From Minisyncoccota bacterium (lineage in GTDB: Bacteria > Patescibacteriota > Minisyncoccia > Phycocordibacterales > UBA9973): DNA of 64,000 bases. The position numbers were made by a program, and so were the translations under genes. This document shows, piece after piece, positions 47,222-55,046 of the stretch. The stretch spans positions 90,196 to 154,195 of the forward strand of contig JBAZSF010000002.1 in the NCBI GenBank assembly GCA_041662525.1, given 5' to 3'. The stretch's first letter is position 1. Each line of letters begins with the position of its first letter. The notes under the pieces are model-generated. The model did no database searches. It saw only the letters and a program-made list of their open reading frames with translations, and was not told the DNA's origin.

Positions 47222-47348
47222 AATTAAAAAACCTTGGATATAACTTTTCGAAAGGGTTTCGAGGCTGTCGAGCCGAGAATTTCAGGAATTTTTAAGCTTC
47301 AAAAATTCCGTACTGGAGAAAAGTTTATATCCAAAGTTTTTTTTAATT
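47222..47348 (-). repeat. Dispersed structured element, family A copy 2
   Basis: Reverse complement matches the 12867-12927 core; own arms TTGGATATAACTTTTC/GAAAAGTTTATATCCAA. Confidence 0.85.
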
Positions 47349-48420
47349 ATGCTTCCTCTGCAAACTTCTTCTTAATCTCTTTCAAAATTTGTTCAGAAAT
47401 TTTCTTTTCTTCTTTCAAGAATTTTCGAGTAGAATCATAACCAACACCAAGCTTTACTTTTTCCTTTGCCTCGCCAGAGCCTTTGGCGGAGGCGGGTGCT
47501 TTTTCATTAGCTGATGTATAAAAATATGAATTCCCACTTTTTTCTATAATTTTAAATTTCTCTCCGAGTGCCATTATTTCACCTTCTTTAGAAATTCCTT
47601 CATTGTAAATGATGTCAAATTCCGTTTGTTTGAATGGAGCAGCTACTTTATTTTTGACAACTTTGACACGAGTACGGGAACCCACCACTTCTTCTCCCTT
47701 TTTTATTTGAGCGATTTTTCGAATATCAAGTCGAATAGAGGTATAAAATTTCAAGGCTTTTCCTCCAGGGGTAGTTTCTGGATTACCAAACATTACGCCG
47801 ATTTGCATGCGAATTTGATTTATAAAGATAACAACAGTTTTGGATCTAGAAACTATAGCAGTCAGCTTACGGAGGGCTTGAGACATTAGGCGTGCTTGTT
47901 TACCGACATGGTATGCTCCCATATCACCTTCGATTTCGTCTTTCGGGGTGAGGGCAGCTACGGAGTCTATTACGATAACATCAATCTTTCCGGTTCGTAC
48001 CAAGCTCTCTACGATTTCTAGCGCTTGCTCTCCATTGTCTGGTTGAGAAATAAGCAAGTCATTTATATTTACGCCAAGTTTTTTTGTATAATCTGGATCC
48101 ATCGCGTGTTCGGCATCAATATAGGCACACACTCCTCCTTTTTTTTGTGCTTCAGCGACGATATGGAGAGAGAGGGTAGTCTTGCCCGAAGATTCTGGAC
48201 CAAAGATTTCTATAATTCTTCCACGTGGTATTCCACCCACACCGAGCGCCATATCAAGGCCGATAGAACCAGTCGGTATGACATTGATATCTACTTTGGG
48301 TGAATTACCAAATTTCATTATTGAACCTTCTCCAAATTTTGTTTGAATAGCTTTTAAGGTATCTTCCAATACCGCTTCTCCCACTGTTTTATCTTCCTTT
48401 TTTTCTTTTTTCTTAATCAT
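47347..48420 (-). CDS. recA: Recombinase RecA
   Basis: [44 protein letters not shown]. Confidence 0.98.
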   Translation of the reverse strand: MIKKKEKKEDKTVGEAVLEDTLKAIQTKFGEGSIMKFGNSPKVDINVIPTGSIGLDMALGVGGIPRGRIIEIFGPESSGKTTLSLHIVAEAQKKGGVCAYIDAEHAMDPDYTKKLGVNINDLLISQPDNGEQALEIVESLVRTGKIDVIVIDSVAALTPKDEIEGDMGAYHVGKQARLMSQALRKLTAIVSRSKTVVIFINQIRMQIGVMFGNPETTPGGKALKFYTSIRLDIRKIAQIKKGEEVVGSRTRVKVVKNKVAAPFKQTEFDIIYNEGISKEGEIMALGEKFKIIEKSGNSYFYTSANEKAPASAKGSGEAKEKVKLGVGYDSTRKFLKEEKKISEQILKEIKKKFAEEA

Positions 48421-48429
48421 TTTTTTTCA

Positions 48430-48523
48430 TTTACTTAAATAATTTTACTTTTTGAAATGGTCTGGCTGGGATAGGGACCCAGAGAACCGAGGACCTTTCA
48501 AAAAGAAAAATTATTTTGGTAAA
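48430..48523 (-). repeat. Family B copy 3, upstream of recA
   Basis: Minus-strand GGTCCTCGGTTCTCTGGGTCCCTATCCCAGCCAGACC with ~28-bp arms, one overlapping the end of the upstream gene. Confidence 0.88.
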
Positions 48524-48867
48524 TACATTATTTTATAATTTTTCTCATCAATATAGCCAAATTTATCTTTTGCTTTGATATTGATTATATTATACCCTAA
48601 AAGAAGCGCAATTGTTTCAGTAAAGTTACCTTGCTCGTCTACTGAAATATCTCGTCCGTTCAAGGTTAAATTTATTGCATTTTTTGCCTTACCGGTCAGT
48701 TTTATTGTATTGGATGTTACCGTAATGCCATCTTCTAGATTCACATTTTTAATTTTTACACCGAATATTAAATCTTTAGACCCAAAAATTGCATAAATAA
48801 TAATTAAAATAAAAAAAATAGAAATACCAATTATTTTAATTATTTTTTTAGATAATATTTTCTCCAT
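48511..48867 (-). CDS. Small membrane-anchored Ig-like domain protein
   Basis: TM helix, then LNG...GNF...GYNIINIKAKDKFG. Confidence 0.75.
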   Translation of the reverse strand: MEKILSKKIIKIIGISIFFILIIIYAIFGSKDLIFGVKIKNVNLEDGITVTSNTIKLTGKAKNAINLTLNGRDISVDEQGNFTETIALLLGYNIINIKAKDKFGYIDEKNYKIMYLPK

Positions 48868-51088
48868 CGGATGTACGTTCTATTTTTTCCAATACTTCTC
48901 TGGGCTTAGCACCGTCTCCAGGGCCGATGACTCCACGTTCTTCCAGTTTATCCATTAATCGTGCTGCACGCGCATACCCTAATTTTAATTTTCTTTGAAG
49001 ATAAGAAGTTGAAGCTTTACCAGCTTCCATCACACAAATACGAGCCTCTTCATACATTTCATCATCGTCATCATTATTTTCATCTTCGAGAGAACTTTCA
49101 AAGATACTTTTATCTGCTGAGATGGATCCGGCGGTTAAGGTTATTTCTTCAGAGACTTCATCTCTATATGCATCAGCTAGATATTTTACAACTTTTTTAA
49201 CTTCACTTTCGGAAATAAAGGCGCTTTGTAGTCGCTCTGGTTGAGCTTCGCCTGAAGAATACAGCATATCACCAGCACCTAAAAGTTTCTCCGCACCACC
49301 AGCATCCAATATCGTGCGTGAATCTATCTGTGAAGATACTTTGAGGGCTACACGGGCGGGGATGTTAGCTTTAATTAAACCAGTAATGACGTTTACTTCA
49401 GGGCGTTGAGTAGAGAGTATTAAATGTATTCCGACTGCTCGTGACATTTGTGCCAAGCGTACGATTGCAGCTTCGAGTTCTCTAGGATAAGTACTCATTA
49501 TGTCTGCTAGTTCGTCTATGATAATAACGATATAAGGTAGACGGTCGGCGCTTATTTCTTCTTCTGTCCCATCAATATTTGTTTTTTTCCTTTTTTGATT
49601 CTTGTTGAAAACATTATTATGATAGGATTCTATATCTCGTACGGATTCTGTTTCTAGGATATCATAACGACGATCCATTTCTTTTGCTGCCCATTTCAAG
49701 GCGAGAATTGTCTTTTTAGCTTCCGTAATCACAGGCGTAAGTAAATGTGGAATATTATTATAAAGAGTAAGTTCTACCCGTTTTGGGTCTATCAATATGA
49801 GTTTCAAATCTTCTGGTCCGTTCCTGTACAAGAGGGAAGTGATGATGGAGTGTATAGTTACTGATTTTCCTGAGCCGGTTGTTCCTGCTACGAGAGCATG
49901 TGGCATTTTAGCCAAGTTTCCAAAAGTTGCTTTACCAGAAATATTTCTACCTAAAGCTATAGTCAAAGGTTTTGCAGAATTTTGGAATTTTTCGTCAGAA
50001 AGGAGAGTCGCAAGCCCGACGATAGATTTTGATTTATTTGGAATTTCAATACCAACTAAAGATTTGCCAGGAATCGGTGCTTCGATACGGATCGGATGAG
50101 CGGCGAGAGAAAGAGAGAGATCATTTTGGAGGCCCACGATACGAGAAAGCTTTACTCCCTCGGCTGGCTTTAATGCATAACGTGTCACTGTCGGTCCGAT
50201 AGTTATTTCATCCATCTCTACCTCGATGCCAAAGTTTGCAAGTGTGCGTTTGATAATATTTGCATTTGCTTTTATGTCGCCAGTATTTGGTTTACCTTTA
50301 TCTTCTTCCAAGAGCGAGAGTGGGGGAGGGACATAAGAACTTAACCCGCTTTTTATTTTTTTAATTGGAATTTCTTCTTCCTCTTCACTTTTTTTAATAC
50401 CCAAAGCTTTTTTGACTTTTTCACTAGCAGTTTCTTTTTCTTCTTCATCTACATCAGGCATAGATTTCTCCACTTCTTTTATCTCTTCTTCATTTAAAGT
50501 ACCTTGAACATCTTCTGGAGTTTTTTTCTTTGAAAAGAAAGACCAAATTTTTGTGAAAAATGGAGCAAAGTTGGGCTTTGCATCGAGCATCATTAGAATT
50601 GAAATTATTAAAATTGCTCCGAGTAAAACAAGACTCGCGTATATATCAAAAAGAGAAACGAACGGTGTCGATAATATTTCTCCGAGTAGTCCACCGGAAT
50701 GAACGCTCGCTTCGGGATCACCAGTACCCCCTGCTATGTTTATTATTCCTAAACCCGAAAGTAAAAACATTATTCCACTCACTGTGCGTGTCCATCCTAT
50801 GTCTGGCACTTCTGATTTTATAAATGAATATCCAAGCAAGAGAAATAAAGTTGGCAGAAGAAAATATCCGACAGTACCGAGAAGCATTTGAAAAATATCG
50901 TAAATAAATACACCGGCCTTTCCTGCGATATTTGCATAAGACATTAAAAAAAATAATGCCAGAACAAAAAAAATTATTGCTATGATTCCGTGTTTGGTAT
51001 GAGTTTGTAATCCCATTGTTGGTGTTGAAACTTTTTTATCATTCTTAACATTTCTACCATTCTTTTTTCCATTTTCATTTTTCGCCAT
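48848..51088 (-). CDS. ftsK: DNA translocase FtsK
   Basis: 4TM N-terminus, AGTTGSGKS, IDPKRVEL, DELAD, STQRP, C-terminal gamma domain. Confidence 0.96.
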   Translation of the reverse strand: MAKNENGKKNGRNVKNDKKVSTPTMGLQTHTKHGIIAIIFFVLALFFLMSYANIAGKAGVFIYDIFQMLLGTVGYFLLPTLFLLLGYSFIKSEVPDIGWTRTVSGIMFLLSGLGIINIAGGTGDPEASVHSGGLLGEILSTPFVSLFDIYASLVLLGAILIISILMMLDAKPNFAPFFTKIWSFFSKKKTPEDVQGTLNEEEIKEVEKSMPDVDEEEKETASEKVKKALGIKKSEEEEEIPIKKIKSGLSSYVPPPLSLLEEDKGKPNTGDIKANANIIKRTLANFGIEVEMDEITIGPTVTRYALKPAEGVKLSRIVGLQNDLSLSLAAHPIRIEAPIPGKSLVGIEIPNKSKSIVGLATLLSDEKFQNSAKPLTIALGRNISGKATFGNLAKMPHALVAGTTGSGKSVTIHSIITSLLYRNGPEDLKLILIDPKRVELTLYNNIPHLLTPVITEAKKTILALKWAAKEMDRRYDILETESVRDIESYHNNVFNKNQKRKKTNIDGTEEEISADRLPYIVIIIDELADIMSTYPRELEAAIVRLAQMSRAVGIHLILSTQRPEVNVITGLIKANIPARVALKVSSQIDSRTILDAGGAEKLLGAGDMLYSSGEAQPERLQSAFISESEVKKVVKYLADAYRDEVSEEITLTAGSISADKSIFESSLEDENNDDDDEMYEEARICVMEAGKASTSYLQRKLKLGYARAARLMDKLEERGVIGPGDGAKPREVLEKIERTSDGENII

Positions 51089-51106
51089 TTAGATATTTTA
51101 GCATAA

Positions 51107-51259
51107 AATAAAAAAATTAGAGTAGTCTTTTAAATGCCTTGCGCAGGAACTTAGAAAATAAAAATGGTAATCCATTTATTATTTTCTTGAGTGACGAGCA
51201 GAGCAAATTTTCAGCAGGAAATTATGTGTGCATTTTAAAGACTACTCTAATTTTTTATT
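51107..51259 (+). repeat. Dispersed structured element, family C copy 2
   Basis: ~31-bp near-perfect arms around TTGCGCAGG...CGAGCAGAGCAAATTTTCAGCAGGAAATTATGTGTG. Confidence 0.8.
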
Positions 51260-51304
51260 AGTATTTTACCTTGCTTTTTTGGATGTCTTATATATAATGG
51301 ACAG

Positions 51305-52138
51305 ATGTTTAAGGAAGAAAAAAACATCAAAGACTCCATAAAAGACACTTCTTCTTCTCCTGTTCCATATCGAGCCTCAGGTTTTGGCATGATGTCCTAT
51401 ACAAAAACAAATAAGCTTATTACTGCACTTTATATGGTTACGGACATTATAGACAAAGATGAACCACTTAGGAATAAATTAAGGACATTGGGAGTAGAAG
51501 TTATATCAGACATGAATTCTACTTCTCTGAATGTTTGCAGTAAAATATCAGAGATAGTGTCCTTTTTAGACATTGCTTCTGCTGTAAATATTATTTCTGA
51601 GATGAATCATTCTATTCTTAAAAAAGAGTTTTTTGAATTAAATCAATCTGTAAAAAAGTCTGTGGGTGAAGTTAAAACTATAGATAAGCAAATAGATCTT
51701 TCTGAATTTTTTAGAGAGGAATTGCCTCCAGCTAGACAAAGTTTAAGCGAAGAGGGGGAGAAAGGAAATTATATAGGACATCATAACGGACATCAATATT
51801 CTACTAGAGTTGGGGTCCAGAAAGGAAGCACTTTGATGAAAGCCTTGTCCGATAAGATTAATAATAAAAGACTCCAAGATTTACATAATTCTTATGCCCA
51901 AAATTTTGACATATTTAAAAAACAAAGACGTGAAGATATAATAAATATTATTAAAGCTATTAGTGGAAACGGCACAATAAAGGACATAAAGGACAGAGCA
52001 AAGAGTTCCCCTAACGAATTTAAATCGCTCGTTTCTTCAAGTGAAAAGACGCTTCAAAGAGAGCTCGTTTCTATGGTAAAAGATGGTGTCCTTAAAAAAA
52101 CAGGGGAGAAGCGTTGGAGTAAATATTTTTTAAAATAA
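51305..52138 (+). CDS. Putative DNA-binding protein (helical-bundle N-terminus, winged-HTH C-terminus)
   Basis: SEKTLQRELVSMVKDGVLKKTGEKRW resembles a DeoR-like wHTH. Confidence 0.65.
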   Translation: MFKEEKNIKDSIKDTSSSPVPYRASGFGMMSYTKTNKLITALYMVTDIIDKDEPLRNKLRTLGVEVISDMNSTSLNVCSKISEIVSFLDIASAVNIISEMNHSILKKEFFELNQSVKKSVGEVKTIDKQIDLSEFFREELPPARQSLSEEGEKGNYIGHHNGHQYSTRVGVQKGSTLMKALSDKINNKRLQDLHNSYAQNFDIFKKQRREDIINIIKAISGNGTIKDIKDRAKSSPNEFKSLVSSSEKTLQRELVSMVKDGVLKKTGEKRWSKYFLK

Positions 52139-52146
52139 ATTTTATT

Positions 52147-52216
52147 CAACCCCTTCAACCTCCCTTGTTAGGGGAGGCGTGAATATTCCCCCTGACAAGG
52201 GGGATAAAGGGGGTTG
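52147..52216. repeat. GC-rich double-hairpin REP-like element
   Basis: Outer CAACCCC/GGGGTTG enclosing CCTCCCTT-GTT-AGGGGAGG and TCCCCCT-GACA-AGGGGGA. Confidence 0.6.
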
Positions 52217-52304
52217 CGTTTTTATTTTCTGTTCTTGCTTTTTCTCTAAAAATAAGATAAGATGAACTAGTGGATATTGGTTTCATATGGTTTATTTGAC
52301 CCAG

Positions 52305-52313
52305 TTATCCACA
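52305..52313 (+). promoter_or_regulatory. Perfect DnaA box just upstream of a TTGCTA...TATAAT promoter
   Basis: TTATCCACA at 52305; TTGCTA at 52321; TATAAT near 52345. Confidence 0.6.
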
Positions 52314-52354
52314 TAATATATTGCTATATTTTTTAGAGATATATTATAATGTTG

Positions 52355-52727
52355 TTATGTTCATGAGTTACACATTCTTTGTGTAGTTTGTGTTCGAAAG
52401 TTATTTATTTTTTATTCAAGATTTCGTCGAAAAAATCTTGGAAGAAAATAGATCCCTGCTAAACATCCTGAAGTTTTACTAAAGGATTTTGGTTGGGTAA
52501 AGAAAGGTCATTGAAAACCGAATAGCTATGTTTTCAATGTTAGTTTATCTCTGTTCATTATTTATTTGTCCACCCCATTATTAGCAATTATTAATTTATT
52601 GGTGGATAAGAAATAATGATAGGAAAAAATACGCTTTTAGTTTTGTCGAAACTAATTAAATGGCGTAAAGTTTTGTAGTTTAATTTTAAAAAGAATTTTA
52701 TTACAAAACAAAAATTAGAAAAAATTT
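52355..52727 (+). promoter_or_regulatory. Long multi-hairpin 5' leader of the surface-layer-like gene
   Basis: ~370 nt without a long ORF, containing several stem-loops. Confidence 0.5.
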
Positions 52728-54797
52728 ATGAGTAAATTATTAAAATCAAAATTTCTTCTTGGAGTTATGGCTGTAGCAGTTATGTTTGTTGGTGTCGTTG
52801 CAATTTCTGCAGAGACAGCTTCAGCTGATACTTGCTCAACAGGTACAACTACATTAAGAGTAGGTTCAAGAGGTGCTGCAGTAACTTGTCTTCAAGCTAC
52901 TTTGGATGCTGGAATCGCCGCTGATGGTGTTTTCGGTCCAAAGACTCAAGCTAGAGTTATGGCTTGGCAGTCAGATCATGGTCTAGTAGCTGATGGAGTA
53001 TTCGGTCCTAAATCAAGAGCTGTATTTGTTGCTGGTGGTGCCGTAGTAGTTGTTCCTGGTCTTCCAGCAGGTTGTACATCAACCGCAGGATTCAGTTCAA
53101 CAACTGGCGCATCATGTGCAACAGGAGCAACTGGTCCTTGTACTGGTGGAGCATTATTTAATTCTGTAACAGGAGCTTCATGTTCAAGTACTCTTCCAGC
53201 AGGTTGTACAACAACCGCAGGATTCAGTCCAACAACAGGAGTTTCATGTTCTTCAACAACACCAGTTATAAGTGCAAGTGGTGAAGGTTCAATTGCAGTA
53301 ACCTACAATCCAACTCCTACAAATAGCCTTGCTATTAATAAAGGAGAGGAAAAAGAAGCCTTTGGTATAAAAATCAAAGCTTCAGGTTCTGATATGACAG
53401 TCAATCGTGTTTGGATCAACCTTACTGATGGAACAAGTGCTAGCCCACGTATATGGCTATCTGCTGACAAGGCAACCTTGTTAGACGGTTCAACTGTTCT
53501 AGGAGAAATTGCGCTTTCATCTTCAACAGTAACAGAAATTACTGCAGGAGCTGAATATCAACTTCAATTCAATGGTTTGAATGTTACAGTTCCAAAAGAT
53601 GGTACAAAAGTATTGTCAGTTAAATTCCGTCGCCCAACTCTTACTTCAGACAGTGGAACAATCTTAATCGCTGCAAACGGAGTTTCTGTAAGAGCAACTG
53701 ATGGTGCTGGTCTTTCAGATGCATATACAATTGCAGCAACACGTACTTTGAATTTTGCTAACGTTGCAGGAGCAACAGGTACATTGACAGCTACATTGGC
53801 TTCAACCTCACCAGCAAATCGAGCAGTTAATGGTCTTAGTACTACTTCTGGTGTTACCACTGATGTTAAATTGATGGATTTCAATCTTAAGGCAACAGAT
53901 GGAGCAATCAATGTTTCTGCTCTTTCTGGTACTATTACTAACGCTGGTACATGTGCTGATACAGGTACAACATCAGAGTGTCTCTCTTCAATAGAGCTTC
54001 GAGATGGTTCAACTGTTCTTGATTCAGTTACAGGAGCTAACGTTTTTGCTTTCGCTGACTTGAGTGTTGATATCTCAGCAGACACAACAAAGATGTTGTC
54101 AGTCTGGGCTAAAGTAAATCCTGTATTGGCAAGTAACGTTGTTGCAGGTGATTCAGTTTACGCAGTTGTTAACTCAATTACCGCTACAACTGGTACTGAC
54201 TTTACCGCTATCGTTGATTCCTTTAGTGTAACTGGAAACGCTCAAGTTTTCTATGCTGATGGTATAAATGTAAGCTTAGTATCAAAGAGCGCAACAAAGA
54301 CAGTTTCACCTGATACAGCAACTACAACTGATTCTGGTTCATATGTCATCAATTTTGACGTAACCGCAGTCGGTGCAGACATGTATCTTGATAAATCATC
54401 AACACTTAATATTGTTGCTGGTGGCGTAGATGCTGCTGCGGGACAAGGTGTATTGTTTGAAATCTATAAGAATGGGGTAGCTGTAGATCAAGCTGTAGCA
54501 AACTTTGCAGCTGGTCCAGCATCTGTTCTTAGTGTTGATGGTTCTACAGTTGGAACCGTAGACAACCTTACCAACAAGTTCAAGATTACTGAAGGAGAGA
54601 CTCGTCATTTTCATTTGACAGTTGCCGTCGGTCTTGATACTACAGGTACAAATGGTGATGGATTCTACCGAGTAGGTATGCCTTCTATCAACTGGACAAG
54701 TGTAACAACAGATAATGACCTAGCAGCTAACTACTACACATTTGGTCTTAGTGATTTCGTAACACCTGACTTGACTCTTAGTGACTACGCTCTTTAA
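52728..54797 (+). CDS. Secreted S-layer-like protein with N-terminal peptidoglycan-binding domain
   Basis: Signal peptide; LRVGSRG..V..LQ, ADGVFGPKT/S; Cys repeats; Thr/Ala/Gly-rich beta body; biased codon usage. Confidence 0.8.
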   Translation: MSKLLKSKFLLGVMAVAVMFVGVVAISAETASADTCSTGTTTLRVGSRGAAVTCLQATLDAGIAADGVFGPKTQARVMAWQSDHGLVADGVFGPKSRAVFVAGGAVVVVPGLPAGCTSTAGFSSTTGASCATGATGPCTGGALFNSVTGASCSSTLPAGCTTTAGFSPTTGVSCSSTTPVISASGEGSIAVTYNPTPTNSLAINKGEEKEAFGIKIKASGSDMTVNRVWINLTDGTSASPRIWLSADKATLLDGSTVLGEIALSSSTVTEITAGAEYQLQFNGLNVTVPKDGTKVLSVKFRRPTLTSDSGTILIAANGVSVRATDGAGLSDAYTIAATRTLNFANVAGATGTLTATLASTSPANRAVNGLSTTSGVTTDVKLMDFNLKATDGAINVSALSGTITNAGTCADTGTTSECLSSIELRDGSTVLDSVTGANVFAFADLSVDISADTTKMLSVWAKVNPVLASNVVAGDSVYAVVNSITATTGTDFTAIVDSFSVTGNAQVFYADGINVSLVSKSATKTVSPDTATTTDSGSYVINFDVTAVGADMYLDKSSTLNIVAGGVDAAAGQGVLFEIYKNGVAVDQAVANFAAGPASVLSVDGSTVGTVDNLTNKFKITEGETRHFHLTVAVGLDTTGTNGDGFYRVGMPSINWTSVTTDNDLAANYYTFGLSDFVTPDLTLSDYAL

Positions 54798-54856
54798 TTA
54801 GAAGCTAGTTTACTTAGATAAATCAGTTCTGGTTAATACGCCTTAAAAAGTATTCA

Positions 54857-54886
54857 AAAAACCACTCTTAATTGAGTGGTTTTTTG
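54857..54886 (+). terminator. Intrinsic terminator
   Basis: AAAAACCACTC-TTAATT-GAGTGGTTTTTT. Confidence 0.8.
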
Positions 54887-54924
54887 TTTGTGTTTTTTAA
54901 ATAATTTTTTTATTGGAAAATAAG

Positions 54925-54933
54925 TTATCCACA
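54925..54933 (+). promoter_or_regulatory. Perfect DnaA box
   Basis: TTATCCACA upstream of the second peptidoglycan-binding gene. Confidence 0.55.
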
Positions 54934-55046
54934 GTACATGATGATGTGATTATTTCTATTTGATTGTATAATTATAATGTTAATTCTAAATTAAGGTTGT
55001 GTTTTTTATTATTAATGTCGATTATTATTATTAATTTATTTTTATT

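Noticed and set aside
52140-52727. Possible replication origin (long intergenic region with a DnaA box)
   Set aside because: Only one perfect box, no dnaA/dnaN nearby; better explained as a promoter plus leader
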